Virus record (IMG/VR): IMGVR_UViG_3300040801_003393
Coordinates: 1-64,000 of that record
DNA: 64,000 nucleotides
Reading direction: 5' to 3' (one strand)
Origin: a virus
Both the position numbers and the translations under genes were made by a program. Shown here one piece after another: positions 18,264 to 26,813 of this stretch. Numbering within the stretch: position 1 is the stretch's first letter; each line of letters begins with the position of its first letter. The notes beneath the pieces are model-generated. The model was given only the letters and a program-made list of their open reading frames with translations, was not told the origin of the DNA and did no database searches.

Positions 18264-18668
18264 TTAATCGTCGCCTTCGTGGTCATCAGCATTGGTTAGA
18301 GCAGCGTCATCACCTGCTTCTTCCATTTCTACTGCACCGTCGTCTACAGCGTCGCTAAAGTTCCATTTAACGCTTTCACCTGTATCAACGGTGACTTTAC
18401 GTCCAGAAATCTTAGTAACTTGCTTTGGAGTACCAGTATCATCGAGAACAGTAATACTCATCTCGCCTTCTAATAGTGCTGCTGAGGCTTTATCTACTAA
18501 TTTGCAATCTGCAACCTCAGTACCGTCTGTGCAGCGGAATCGACGTGCTGCTAATTGCTTTACAATCCAACCAGGAACAGATGCTGTACCATTATGGAAT
18601 TGTACTTTGATCTCGTCACCTGCTGCGGTTGGTGTTCCTAAATATCTTTTATTAATTGGTCTACCCAT
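18264..18668 (-). CDS. Hypothetical protein, probably virion-associated (MGRPINKR...)
   Basis: 134 aa, strong AAGGAG RBS, late-promoter motif at 18753-18760. Confidence 0.75.
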   Translation of the reverse strand: MGRPINKRYLGTPTAAGDEIKVQFHNGTASVPGWIVKQLAARRFRCTDGTEVADCKLVDKASAALLEGEMSITVLDDTGTPKQVTKISGRKVTVDTGESVKWNFSDAVDDGAVEMEEAGDDAALTNADDHEGDD

Positions 18669-18741
18669 TTGTTTCTCCTTGTATAATGCCGTTCTAGGGA
18701 CTACGCGGTGGGTGCCCGCATAAACTAGTATTCTAGCATTG

Positions 18742-19506
18742 TTATAGACTAATATTTATCGATTTTTGAAAATAATACTCTGCAACTCGTTTATGCCAGT
18801 CTGGACCCGGGTGTATTCCATCGCGTGCCTTGTTGTCGATGCCTAGCAAGTTATAATCAAGCATTACATGCTGTCCAGCTGTCTCGACGATGGGGTTGTC
18901 GACATAACAAGTATCTTTCGTGGCAAAATATTCCTGAAGAAATATTGTATTTTTGTTCAAAAGATAAAATAAGTAATCTTCATCTATAAAGTGTTTTGGA
19001 AAATTATCATCGCCCATAAACGACTGTGTGATTTTTCCGGATTTATCAAGTATAGGTAATTCCAAACGAGTCATTGCTGGCCAATATATAAAAACAAAAT
19101 CTGGGTTGAGCAATGCATGCAGTTTCCATATACTTCGTGCAACATAATCTGGGCTGGCGCCGGCTGTTGCGATATTCCACGCTGTTACTGTCTTTCCGGT
19201 ATGTTCTATTATTTTTTGCTTTAATTGATTGGTCCAGTTTTCGTGCTGATCTACCCCAACACCGACCGTCATTGAACATCCGCAGGTTAGGATGTTTATT
19301 TCTGATCTATCATCAAAACTATCAGATCGAAATCCGTACTCGTTAAACGAATACAAAATGTTCTTTTCATATTGCGCATTTTCTGGAATATCAGTATCGA
19401 CCCATTCTACTGTTAGATTGGGAGGATATACTTCTGAGTAATAAAATTCACGATCCCAGGCTGTTCTTGCACTAGTGGAATAAAGTTTTTGTTTTTGTTT
19501 CCACAT
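18742..19506 (-). CDS. SGNH/GDSL hydrolase-like protein
   Basis: FNEYGFRS, GCSMTVGVG (block I), NIATAGAS (block II), RDGIHPG (DxxH, block V). Confidence 0.7.
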   Translation of the reverse strand: MWKQKQKLYSTSARTAWDREFYYSEVYPPNLTVEWVDTDIPENAQYEKNILYSFNEYGFRSDSFDDRSEINILTCGCSMTVGVGVDQHENWTNQLKQKIIEHTGKTVTAWNIATAGASPDYVARSIWKLHALLNPDFVFIYWPAMTRLELPILDKSGKITQSFMGDDNFPKHFIDEDYLFYLLNKNTIFLQEYFATKDTCYVDNPIVETAGQHVMLDYNLLGIDNKARDGIHPGPDWHKRVAEYYFQKSINISL

Positions 19507-19715
19507 TATAATGTCATCGTTTTATTATAAAAATTCATTCTAAATCGCCTATTGTATTCTGCAACCCAGGATAGCATATACTCGCACTGTTCTTTGGTTG
19601 CTGTGCTGTTCCATCTTGTTAAACAGAAATCCATATATGCATTGGGCATTGAACCGTATTTAAGTATTAGAAATGCCTCTAACTTAGAATCGAATGTATA
19701 TTTTACCTCGGTCAC
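19506..19715 (-). CDS. Hypothetical protein (69 aa)
   Basis: GTG start; TAATG overlap with the SGNH gene; sigma70 promoter upstream. Confidence 0.55.
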   Translation of the reverse strand: MTEVKYTFDSKLEAFLILKYGSMPNAYMDFCLTRWNSTATKEQCEYMLSWVAEYNRRFRMNFYNKTMTL

Positions 19716-19756
19716 GATTTGTCTGCTTTATTTGCCTTAGTGCGATAGCAAAGCTG

Positions 19757-19785
19757 AGCTTAGCATAAATTTATCAGTTTGTCAA
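19757..19785 (-). promoter_or_regulatory. Sigma70-type promoter
   Basis: TTGACA-17nt-TAAGCT with extended -10 TG. Confidence 0.65.
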
Positions 19786-19811
19786 CCGACCAGGCTAGCA
19801 ATAAATAAAAC

Positions 19812-20360
19812 ATGCGATTACACGAATTTCAATTACCAAAAAAGCATAGTTGGGAAGTGATAACCGCCAACAACACCAAGTCCGATGCTGGACCAAACTT
19901 GATCGACTTAGTTCAAACTGCTTACCAAAACACACCAGACGGAAGTTTCGTAAACAGCATTCGTGACGTTATACCAAGTGACTGGGAAGTAATCGACTGG
20001 GATGATCACCCGGACCTAGACTCTTGCGTCTTTTTCCGTCGTAATCGTAGCGACGAATCGTGGGTTGGCACAAAAATACAGGGCATTGGGCATGATGGCC
20101 AACGCACTAGTAAAGACTATGCAGTTAAAAAGGTAATTGAGTTGCTACACAAAAACGGGACCTGGATTGAAAGTTCTGATGCGATGCGGGCGGTGATTAA
20201 GAAGCACGGTCTTAAAGGTATCTCGAACGTTCAATTTCTTCGTAAGTTATTCCGCGATCCTAATCTAACAATGGTAGATAACGATACATATCAGCGAAAA
20301 TTACATAGCGGTAAAGTTATTACCGAATCGGTCTTCGGTAAACCAATTCTAAAATCATAA
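19812..20360 (+). CDS. Hypothetical protein, possible head-internal protein
   Basis: 182 aa; AATAAATA at 19800-19807 is only 4 nt before the ATG; begins MRLHEF. Confidence 0.75.
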   Translation: MRLHEFQLPKKHSWEVITANNTKSDAGPNLIDLVQTAYQNTPDGSFVNSIRDVIPSDWEVIDWDDHPDLDSCVFFRRNRSDESWVGTKIQGIGHDGQRTSKDYAVKKVIELLHKNGTWIESSDAMRAVIKKHGLKGISNVQFLRKLFRDPNLTMVDNDTYQRKLHSGKVITESVFGKPILKS

Positions 20361-20364
20361 ACTA

Positions 20365-20613
20365 TTAACTTCGATGGATAAGTCCGCAGTGGCCGCCTGG
20401 GAAGAATTTGGTCATTATTAAGCGACCATCTTTTGTTTCTTCATGCCTATCTCGCCATCCGTCAGCGTGGTGTGCTTCTACCTCATCAAGAGGGACGGCT
20501 TTTTCTTCCATGACGCTAGTAAGAACAAAACCCATGCAGCATGGGCCTGCGCATTGTCTGGTAACATCAACGCAGCATTTCATTTTGCGTTCTTCACCTA
20601 ATTTGACTTTCAT
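20365..20613 (-). CDS. Small Cys-rich hypothetical protein
   Basis: 82 aa with CC..C...CCM...GHCG; GTAAATA immediately upstream. Confidence 0.6.
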   Translation of the reverse strand: MKVKLGEERKMKCCVDVTRQCAGPCCMGFVLTSVMEEKAVPLDEVEAHHADGWRDRHEETKDGRLIMTKFFPGGHCGLIHRS

Positions 20614-20626
20614 AATAAGTATTTAC

Positions 20627-20800
20627 ATGAATGATCCAGAATTAGAGTCGCTTGAAATTAATAAAGCAATGCAAAAAAGAATCAAGGGCGAGTGGTGCCG
20701 CTATTTGAGCGGGCTCGACTTAGATCATTTGGCCGAAAAGCATCCTGCCATTAAAGAAAAATTAGAAGAATTAAAATTTTTAATTAGTTTACATCAATAA
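20627..20800 (+). CDS. Small hypothetical protein (57 aa, MNDPELESLE...)
   Basis: Internal ATG of track ORF 20408..20800 avoids overlap with the divergent gene; followed directly by a terminator. Confidence 0.55.
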   Translation: MNDPELESLEINKAMQKRIKGEWCRYLSGLDLDHLAEKHPAIKEKLEELKFLISLHQ

Positions 20801-20824
20801 AAAAGCCCCGAAAGGGGCTTTTTT
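20800..20824. terminator. Bidirectional intrinsic terminator
   Basis: AAAAAGCCCC-GAAA-GGGGCTTTTTT between convergent genes. Confidence 0.9.
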
Positions 20825-20872
20825 ATTGTAGGTTCTAAATTCTCTATTAGGAGAATGTTAGGTTCAATACGC

Positions 20873-21289
20873 TTAATTAAAATTATATTCGTTGCCTGGT
20901 GTGCCTGGCATATAAGCACCATATTTTTTGATCATGCATTGCTCGATTTGATTTAAATCAGCTAAGGTATGAGTGCTAAGACTCGGCTGATGTGCATATT
21001 GGCATTTGTTCACCATCCAACTTCCAAATTCTTGTCTTGCTCCACGCATCTTCAACAGGCGTACATAGGCTTCACCCACTAGATACCGGCGTTTGTTTGC
21101 CTCTTTGACCTCAGGTGACTCATTTAATGCCTTTATCCACTGTCGAGTCTTATAGGCAGCTTCTGCATAGTCTGGGTCTTCCAGCTTGATCATCTCAATT
21201 TGATGTTCGAGCTCATCTACCTTAGACCATGCGTCCACATTTGGCGCAACTAAAAGGCTTGATGTTAGTACAAAAATAGATGCTTTCAT
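20873..21289 (-). CDS. Hypothetical protein with probable Sec signal peptide
   Basis: Start reassigned to ATG 21289 (MKASIFVLTSSLLVAPNVDA|WSK); the longer track start falls within the promoter. Confidence 0.65.
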   Translation of the reverse strand: MKASIFVLTSSLLVAPNVDAWSKVDELEHQIEMIKLEDPDYAEAAYKTRQWIKALNESPEVKEANKRRYLVGEAYVRLLKMRGARQEFGSWMVNKCQYAHQPSLSTHTLADLNQIEQCMIKKYGAYMPGTPGNEYNFN

Positions 21290-21317
21290 GCCGGGCCTAT
21301 TGCTTAATTGTATCACT

Positions 21318-21346
21318 ATTATATGGGTTTTGGGAGCGGGGGTCAA
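21318..21346 (-). promoter_or_regulatory. Sigma70-type promoter
   Basis: TTGACC-17nt-TATAAT. Confidence 0.7.
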
Positions 21347-21386
21347 CCAAAATTAGTATTTTAAAGCACAGATTTTAGTAACTAAT

Positions 21387-21548
21387 CTACTGACGTGACT
21401 GATATTCTGTTTGCAGCATGTAGATGTACTGTGCAATTTGCTTGCGCAGGTGTGGCGGGGCCATCATTGTTTTTTGATTGAGTTCCATCATCTTAGCATA
21501 GATGTCTTCTGTAGACATCTCGCGGATGTTACTTTGAGTGAAAAGCAT
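21387..21548 (-). CDS. Small hypothetical protein (53 aa, MLFTQSNIREMSTEDIY...)
   Basis: Below the track size cut-off; TAATG translational coupling to the HNH gene stop. Confidence 0.55.
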   Translation of the reverse strand: MLFTQSNIREMSTEDIYAKMMELNQKTMMAPPHLRKQIAQYIYMLQTEYQSRQ

Positions 21549-22531
21549 TATTGCTTTAGCCGTTGTATCAAAAAATAATCATCATAGGCTTTTTGCAGCT
21601 CAGGCCTTAGATTTCTTTTAGCAATTTGAGCTTCTTGTTCTGCAATTGTATATAATTTAGCAAATAACACTTTGGTTTTAGATTCTGTCGGATCTACGTC
21701 CATATCTTCTAATTCTCGTCGACGTTCATTGCTAATTGGATAAACTTGTTCGGTTTCGCTATTTCGTAAACCAACTTCTGCTACCGTAAAAAATTTACAA
21801 TTATCTCCGTGCCAGCGGGCATATCCATTTACTGCGACGTCTTTGCCGCAATGAATACAATGCTTCTTTTCTCGTTTTAGGCCTCGGATTGCATCCGCCT
21901 TCTTCTGAATAGTTTCTGCTGATTGTTTACGACCCAATGCTTTCTCTCGCATTTTTTGTTTTGATTCATCCGTATGCTGTTTACCATACATGCTATTATT
22001 TTCGCCAGACCCTGCCTTAGATAAATTCTCTCGCCATTCTTTTGAGAACGGCTTTCTCTTCTTTCCGGTTTGCGCAACGATTTGTTTTTCTTTTTCGTAT
22101 TGTGGTTGCACTCGGCCACTGTTTGCTTTGCTTATTTTTTGCCTCGCTTGTTCCGAATGCGACCTACCAAACATCGGATTTCCTTTTCCTGACACCCTCT
22201 TGCTTTGCAAAACCGCATATTCTTCTTTAAGATTTGCATACACTCGAGCAGTGATTTTAGTTTGGTATCGTGTCTGTTTTGGGTTTTCGGCACGCATCAT
22301 TCTAAATGCATTTAATGCTTTCCAATGCTCTTCACCATCTGGGTAAATCTTTGTGAGTAGCCAATGACAAATAAAATGTTCGCGGGCGGTCAGATACACT
22401 AAATTATCTGGATCATCGTCGCCACCAAGAGACTTTGGTAAGATGTGGTGGCGCTCATAATACCCTGTTTTATAGCGGCATTGACGTTCTGCTTCCGCAA
22501 TTATTCGATCATAGACTTTTTTATAGTTCAT
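21548..22531 (-). CDS. HNH homing endonuclease with NUMOD3 repeats
   Basis: ERHHILPKSLGGDDDPDNLVYLTAREHFICHWLL HNH domain; NPMFGRSHSEQARQKIS and NSMYGKQHTDESKQKM NUMOD3 motifs; CIHC...HGDNC. Start placed at MNYKKVY. Confidence 0.9.
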   Translation of the reverse strand: MNYKKVYDRIIAEAERQCRYKTGYYERHHILPKSLGGDDDPDNLVYLTAREHFICHWLLTKIYPDGEEHWKALNAFRMMRAENPKQTRYQTKITARVYANLKEEYAVLQSKRVSGKGNPMFGRSHSEQARQKISKANSGRVQPQYEKEKQIVAQTGKKRKPFSKEWRENLSKAGSGENNSMYGKQHTDESKQKMREKALGRKQSAETIQKKADAIRGLKREKKHCIHCGKDVAVNGYARWHGDNCKFFTVAEVGLRNSETEQVYPISNERRRELEDMDVDPTESKTKVLFAKLYTIAEQEAQIAKRNLRPELQKAYDDYFLIQRLKQ

Positions 22532-22536
22532 GCTAT

Positions 22537-22589
22537 TATTTATGTTTGTTAGGTCGATATACAATAGCACAAATAGAAATCATTGTCAA
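22537..22589 (-). promoter_or_regulatory. Tandem sigma70 and late promoters for the HNH gene
   Basis: TTGACA(22589-22584)-17nt-TATTGT(22566-22561), plus CATAAATA (22544-22537) 5 nt before the ATG. Confidence 0.6.
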
Positions 22590-22590
22590 G

Positions 22591-22614
22591 AAAAAGCCCC
22601 TTGCGGGGCTTTTT
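22591..22614 (-). terminator. Intrinsic terminator after the major capsid gene
   Basis: AAAAAGCCCC-GCAA-GGGGCTTTTT on the minus strand. Confidence 0.9.
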
Positions 22615-22642
22615 CGGTTTGGTTGATCCAAACAGTCAGTTA

Positions 22643-23833
22643 TTAGCTGAATGTTAGGTTTGCTACTGCGATCTCACCAACATAGTCGCCTGCGTTACCA
22701 AAGGACGATGCAGTATTCGTGAGCTCTACGTATCCGTACCTCGTCATGAAGCTGACTACTGGCTCGAATGTGGTTGGATCTAGAACAACGCCGCTGCTCA
22801 TTAATGGAATATATGGGCAGTAGAACGCTGGAGCGTCTGCTTCGGACGAACCCTTGTAGCCAACTAGGACTGGGGTTGTATCGTTTGCATACGAGTCAAC
22901 GTAAACTTTCATTGCGCTGTTTAGTGTACCAACAAACTTGGTGTTTGTTGGAGCTTCAAATGTACCTTCTGTTGAACGTGCGAATGCAGAGGTTGTAGCA
23001 GATTGTAGTACAGTTAGAGCAGCTGGGGAAACAACAGCCCAGTTACCAGCACCACGACGTGTACGCTGAGCGATTAGGTTAGCTGTACGGTTGATTAGAA
23101 CAGCTAGTGCAGCGTGCTCGTCACCAACGAATGTAGCAGTACCCGATACAGCAGCCTGGTCATATGTGAACTCAGTGCTTGCTAGCGAACGTAGGGAAAG
23201 TAGAATTTCCTGGTCGATTTCAGCGGTAATTTCTTGTGCTAGAGCAGCCATAATTTCTGCTTCAACATCAATACCGTGCATTGCCTGTGCATCTTGTGCA
23301 GATTCGAAGGTCCAACGAGCTTGTAACTTACGTGTACGAGCTTCTACGACCTGCTTGAGGATCTGTACAGAAATGTTACGACCACCTTCGCCTTCCATAA
23401 ATGCTGTAGCAGCACCTTTGTAGTCAGCTTGGTTAGCGCCAACGCCTGCGGAGTATGCTGTAGCAATTTTGAATGGGCTTAGTGCCTCTTCGCCAGCAGT
23501 TGTGCTGGTTGCAGCAGCAGAAGCGTCTGTCATTGTTGTGCCATAACGTACACGTAGGGTGTGGATCTGGCTAACAGGACCGCTCATTGGCTGTACACCA
23601 ACTAGTTCATTAGCAATGATAGTTGGCATTACACGTCGAATTACTGGAAGAATTACGCGGTTTAGTGTAGCAATGTTACCTGCCTGTGTTGCACCACCGG
23701 TTGCAGATTCTTTTAAGTATTTGCGTGTGTTTTCTAAGATAACGCCCATCGAAGAGCGCTTATTGCCGTTCAAGCCTTCTAGGAGGGCTTCTTTGGTATC
23801 GTTCCAACGGCTTTCAAGTAGTTGTTGTGACAT
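22643..23833 (-). CDS. gp23: Major capsid protein (T4 gp23-like)
   Basis: IRRVMPTIIANELVGVQPMSGP, ARTRKLQARWTFESAQD, EITAEIDQEI, GYKGSSEADAPAFYCPYIPL and FMTRYG motifs; AGGAG RBS; CTAAATA upstream. Confidence 0.95.
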   Translation of the reverse strand: MSQQLLESRWNDTKEALLEGLNGNKRSSMGVILENTRKYLKESATGGATQAGNIATLNRVILPVIRRVMPTIIANELVGVQPMSGPVSQIHTLRVRYGTTMTDASAAATSTTAGEEALSPFKIATAYSAGVGANQADYKGAATAFMEGEGGRNISVQILKQVVEARTRKLQARWTFESAQDAQAMHGIDVEAEIMAALAQEITAEIDQEILLSLRSLASTEFTYDQAAVSGTATFVGDEHAALAVLINRTANLIAQRTRRGAGNWAVVSPAALTVLQSATTSAFARSTEGTFEAPTNTKFVGTLNSAMKVYVDSYANDTTPVLVGYKGSSEADAPAFYCPYIPLMSSGVVLDPTTFEPVVSFMTRYGYVELTNTASSFGNAGDYVGEIAVANLTFS

Positions 23834-23864
23834 TCTAAATATCTCCTAATTTTTATTTAGATTT

Positions 23865-24968
23865 TTAAAGCCCTGCCAATTTCTTGAGGTCAATAATGTT
23901 ATCTTTTTCACTATCGACGTCAACTGTCGGCTTGGCAGTCTTGTTACCAGTTACTTCTTTGCGGCCTTCTGTTAGAGCGGCTTTTTCACGCTTTACTTCA
24001 GGCTTTTTATTTGCAAGAACTGCTGGCAAATACTTTTCGAATGCATTTTGTAGACGCGAAGTCTGAACGCTTTCTAATAAGTTCCTCATAATACCCGCTT
24101 TTTCTTCATTAAGGGTTGACAATAGATCGCTCATTAGTTCTGTGCGGGTATTGTTTTCCTTAATAACACGGATTTCACGATCCTTGTTCTCAGCTAGAAC
24201 TTTTAACTTCTTAGCTGCTTCCTTTGATTCTTTGAGCTCTTTTTCTTTGTTAGCAATAGCTGAACGCAATTTACGAATTTCTGCATTTTCATTTAATAGT
24301 GTTGCAGAGAATTCTGAAGCAAATGCTTCATAAATGCGACGACCAAAATTGTTCTCGCGAGCAATCTTAATGTCTTCATTTAATGCAGTTAGTTCAGCCT
24401 TCAGCTTCGAGTTTACATGCTCTTGAACTTTCTTTTTGCTTGATGCAACAAAACGCTTTTTAAGCGAATCTAGTTGCTGAGCTGCCTCTGCAACTAAACG
24501 AACTTTGGTCTCAACAACATCGCGCTTATCTTGTGCGAATTCGTTGATCTCTTTAGCTAGTCGTTTAGCAACAAAAGATTCAAGTTTTAACATATTTTCT
24601 TGCTGACTTTGACGATCTTTACGCAGTTCCTTAATTTCTTCTGCTAACTTAGCAGTAAGGAAATTGTTAAATTTGCTAGCATTTTCGTGCATTTTCTTTT
24701 GGAATTTAACACGATCTTCTGCCATAGCTTTTTTCTCTTCAACAAATTCTTCAATTTCTGCTTTAATACCGTCAGTTACCATCTTGTCAAGAGCTTCAAC
24801 CATAACTTTCTTGTCATGTTCGTAACGTTGCGCAAATTCCTCGCGGAGTTCTGCACGAAGTTCCTCGCGAGCTTCAGTTAACTTAGTTTCCCATGCTTCC
24901 TGAATAGCCTGATGAGTATCTTCGTTGATCACGTTACTATCTAACAATGTTTTGATTGCTTCTAGCAT
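23865..24968 (-). CDS. gp22: Prohead core scaffolding protein (T4 gp22-like)
   Basis: Charged coiled-coil protein between protease and capsid genes. Confidence 0.8.
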   Translation of the reverse strand: MLEAIKTLLDSNVINEDTHQAIQEAWETKLTEAREELRAELREEFAQRYEHDKKVMVEALDKMVTDGIKAEIEEFVEEKKAMAEDRVKFQKKMHENASKFNNFLTAKLAEEIKELRKDRQSQQENMLKLESFVAKRLAKEINEFAQDKRDVVETKVRLVAEAAQQLDSLKKRFVASSKKKVQEHVNSKLKAELTALNEDIKIARENNFGRRIYEAFASEFSATLLNENAEIRKLRSAIANKEKELKESKEAAKKLKVLAENKDREIRVIKENNTRTELMSDLLSTLNEEKAGIMRNLLESVQTSRLQNAFEKYLPAVLANKKPEVKREKAALTEGRKEVTGNKTAKPTVDVDSEKDNIIDLKKLAGL

Positions 24969-24980
24969 ATGTGGTCTCCA

Positions 24981-25604
24981 TTAAAGTTTGAGATCCTTGA
25001 TAAGTCGAATTACTTCTTCTTTCAAGTATTTTTGTACACGATTGTCCTTGCTAGCATCTTCTGCAATACCTAACGCACGGAGTCCGCCGCGCATATTCAT
25101 GAGTCCTTCATATATTGCTGTTGGGTATGCATTTGGAGCACTAGGTTGGGCAACAACATCGACCGTGATAATTTCAAAGTCACTTACGTGTCCGTTTGCT
25201 TCATTAACATTACCACTACCGCGACTTGATACACCAAGTTTTACACCAGATTCGAGCATAGTTTTGATCAAAGTACCCATTGGGGTTGGTAGCAACTTTA
25301 GCTTTCCAAACCCATTAGCACCTTCGGTCCACATACTCTCTATCATGTGGCTAACGCGATCGAGGTTAATTTTTAAATCAGCAGGGTGGTCTACTTCGCC
25401 TAAAACGGAGTAGCCACCTTTAATTTGTTCATTTATGCTGTTAACAGCGCGATGAATTTCACGGCTTGGATAGATACGCTGGTTTGCATTGCGAACGTCC
25501 CCTTCGATGAAGAGTCCTTTCATATACAATTCTTTACCTTCACCTATACTTTCTACTATAATGTTAGCAGCGTCAAATGTTAGGTTTTCTTGTAAGAGCA
25601 TCAT
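24981..25604 (-). CDS. gp21: Prohead core protease (T4 gp21-like)
   Basis: NANQRIYP, LGEVDHP, INLDRVSH, LGVSSRGSG and DVVAQPSAPNA motifs. Confidence 0.95.
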   Translation of the reverse strand: MMLLQENLTFDAANIIVESIGEGKELYMKGLFIEGDVRNANQRIYPSREIHRAVNSINEQIKGGYSVLGEVDHPADLKINLDRVSHMIESMWTEGANGFGKLKLLPTPMGTLIKTMLESGVKLGVSSRGSGNVNEANGHVSDFEIITVDVVAQPSAPNAYPTAIYEGLMNMRGGLRALGIAEDASKDNRVQKYLKEEVIRLIKDLKL

Positions 25605-25636
25605 AGCGTTTATATCATCCTATATAATAAAAAGTA

Positions 25637-26437
25637 TTAGTTAATACTCTTCTTGTTTACGCTGCCTTCTTCGCCAGAGGTCTTAGCTTTTGGAGCTTGA
25701 GACTTGAACGCTTTTTTGCCTGCTTCTTGAGTTGGGGTGTAGCCCATATCTTTTGCAGTTTCTGCGGTGCGACCGGTTTCTTCGCTTGTGTCAGTGTTAA
25801 CTGGCTTTGCAACAGCACCTTTCTTACCAGAGTTATCAGCATTTACTGATTTCTTGTTAACTGATCCTTCTTCTGTAGAATTTGATAGACCTTTTGTAAC
25901 TTTGGTTAAAGTTACGTTTTCGTCAATATCTTTGTATCGGCTTTCGCGTGGCATATCATCATCATCCATATCCATGCCCATATCGTCTGCTGGCATCTCG
26001 TCGTCCATGCCAACTTCCATATCGCCATCAACATCTACATCCATTTCTTCTTCGCCGCCGCCCATAATTGAATCGAACTCAGCCATCAATGCATCAAGTT
26101 CGGTTTCTAGGTCAGCAACACGATCTTCTAGATCGTCTGTTTCTTCTTCGGTTTCTTCGTGCTCTTCTTCATGCGGGTCGAGCTCGCCAGATGCATCAAA
26201 GTCCATTTCGCCTTCGTCATCTGCATACTCATCGTCTTCAGCTTCGCCAAGACCTTCTTCTTCAGCTTCAATGTCATTGACTAAATCGTCAGCGGCATCA
26301 CCACCGAATTCGTCATCGTCCATTAAACTCTCGTAAATGCTACGAGACTTTTCAACAACGATTTCATGGAATAAATCGTTGGCTTTTTGTTCTTCATCAT
26401 TGATAATGTATTCAATGAGTTTTTCAAATTTGTTCAT
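25637..26437 (-). CDS. Highly acidic prohead core/internal protein
   Basis: D/E-rich 266-aa ORF in the head module; AGGAG RBS; CTTAAATA at 26475-26482. Confidence 0.7.
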   Translation of the reverse strand: MNKFEKLIEYIINDEEQKANDLFHEIVVEKSRSIYESLMDDDEFGGDAADDLVNDIEAEEEGLGEAEDDEYADDEGEMDFDASGELDPHEEEHEETEEETDDLEDRVADLETELDALMAEFDSIMGGGEEEMDVDVDGDMEVGMDDEMPADDMGMDMDDDDMPRESRYKDIDENVTLTKVTKGLSNSTEEGSVNKKSVNADNSGKKGAVAKPVNTDTSEETGRTAETAKDMGYTPTQEAGKKAFKSQAPKAKTSGEEGSVNKKSIN

Positions 26438-26511
26438 TATGAGAATCTCCTAAAAGTTATAACTCGTATGCTCTTATTTAAGACAGAATGAAAAAATAGT
26501 AGTGTTTAATA

Positions 26512-26546
26512 AGAAAAAAGGCAGAAAAAAGAACTTTTTCTGCCTT
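26512..26546 (-). terminator. Intrinsic terminator
   Basis: AAGGCAGAAAAA/TTTTTCTGCCTT stem followed by TTTTCTT on the minus strand. Confidence 0.65.
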
Positions 26547-26574
26547 AATTCATTTTTACGAGTTAACTTTTTAG

Positions 26575-26802
26575 TTAAAACGGTTCTTCACCTTCTCCTG
26601 ATGATTGACCGTATTGATCCTGTATTGCACTGAGTTTTTGCTTTCGTTCGAAGTTCCTCACGTCGTTCATAAGTCTTATCTTGTTAATCTGCTTTAGAGT
26701 TAAACGTGTTTTTCTCAAGTCATATTTAGATATCTGAGTATTATCATCTTCAATACTCTGATACCCAGGAACCGATTTATCGAACAATTCAAATAGATTC
26801 AT
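26575..26802 (-). CDS. Small head-module protein (75 aa)
   Basis: Directly downstream of the portal gene; CATAAATA overlaps the portal stop codon. Confidence 0.75.
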   Translation of the reverse strand: MNLFELFDKSVPGYQSIEDDNTQISKYDLRKTRLTLKQINKIRLMNDVRNFERKQKLSAIQDQYGQSSGEGEEPF

Positions 26803-26813
26803 TGCATTAATAT

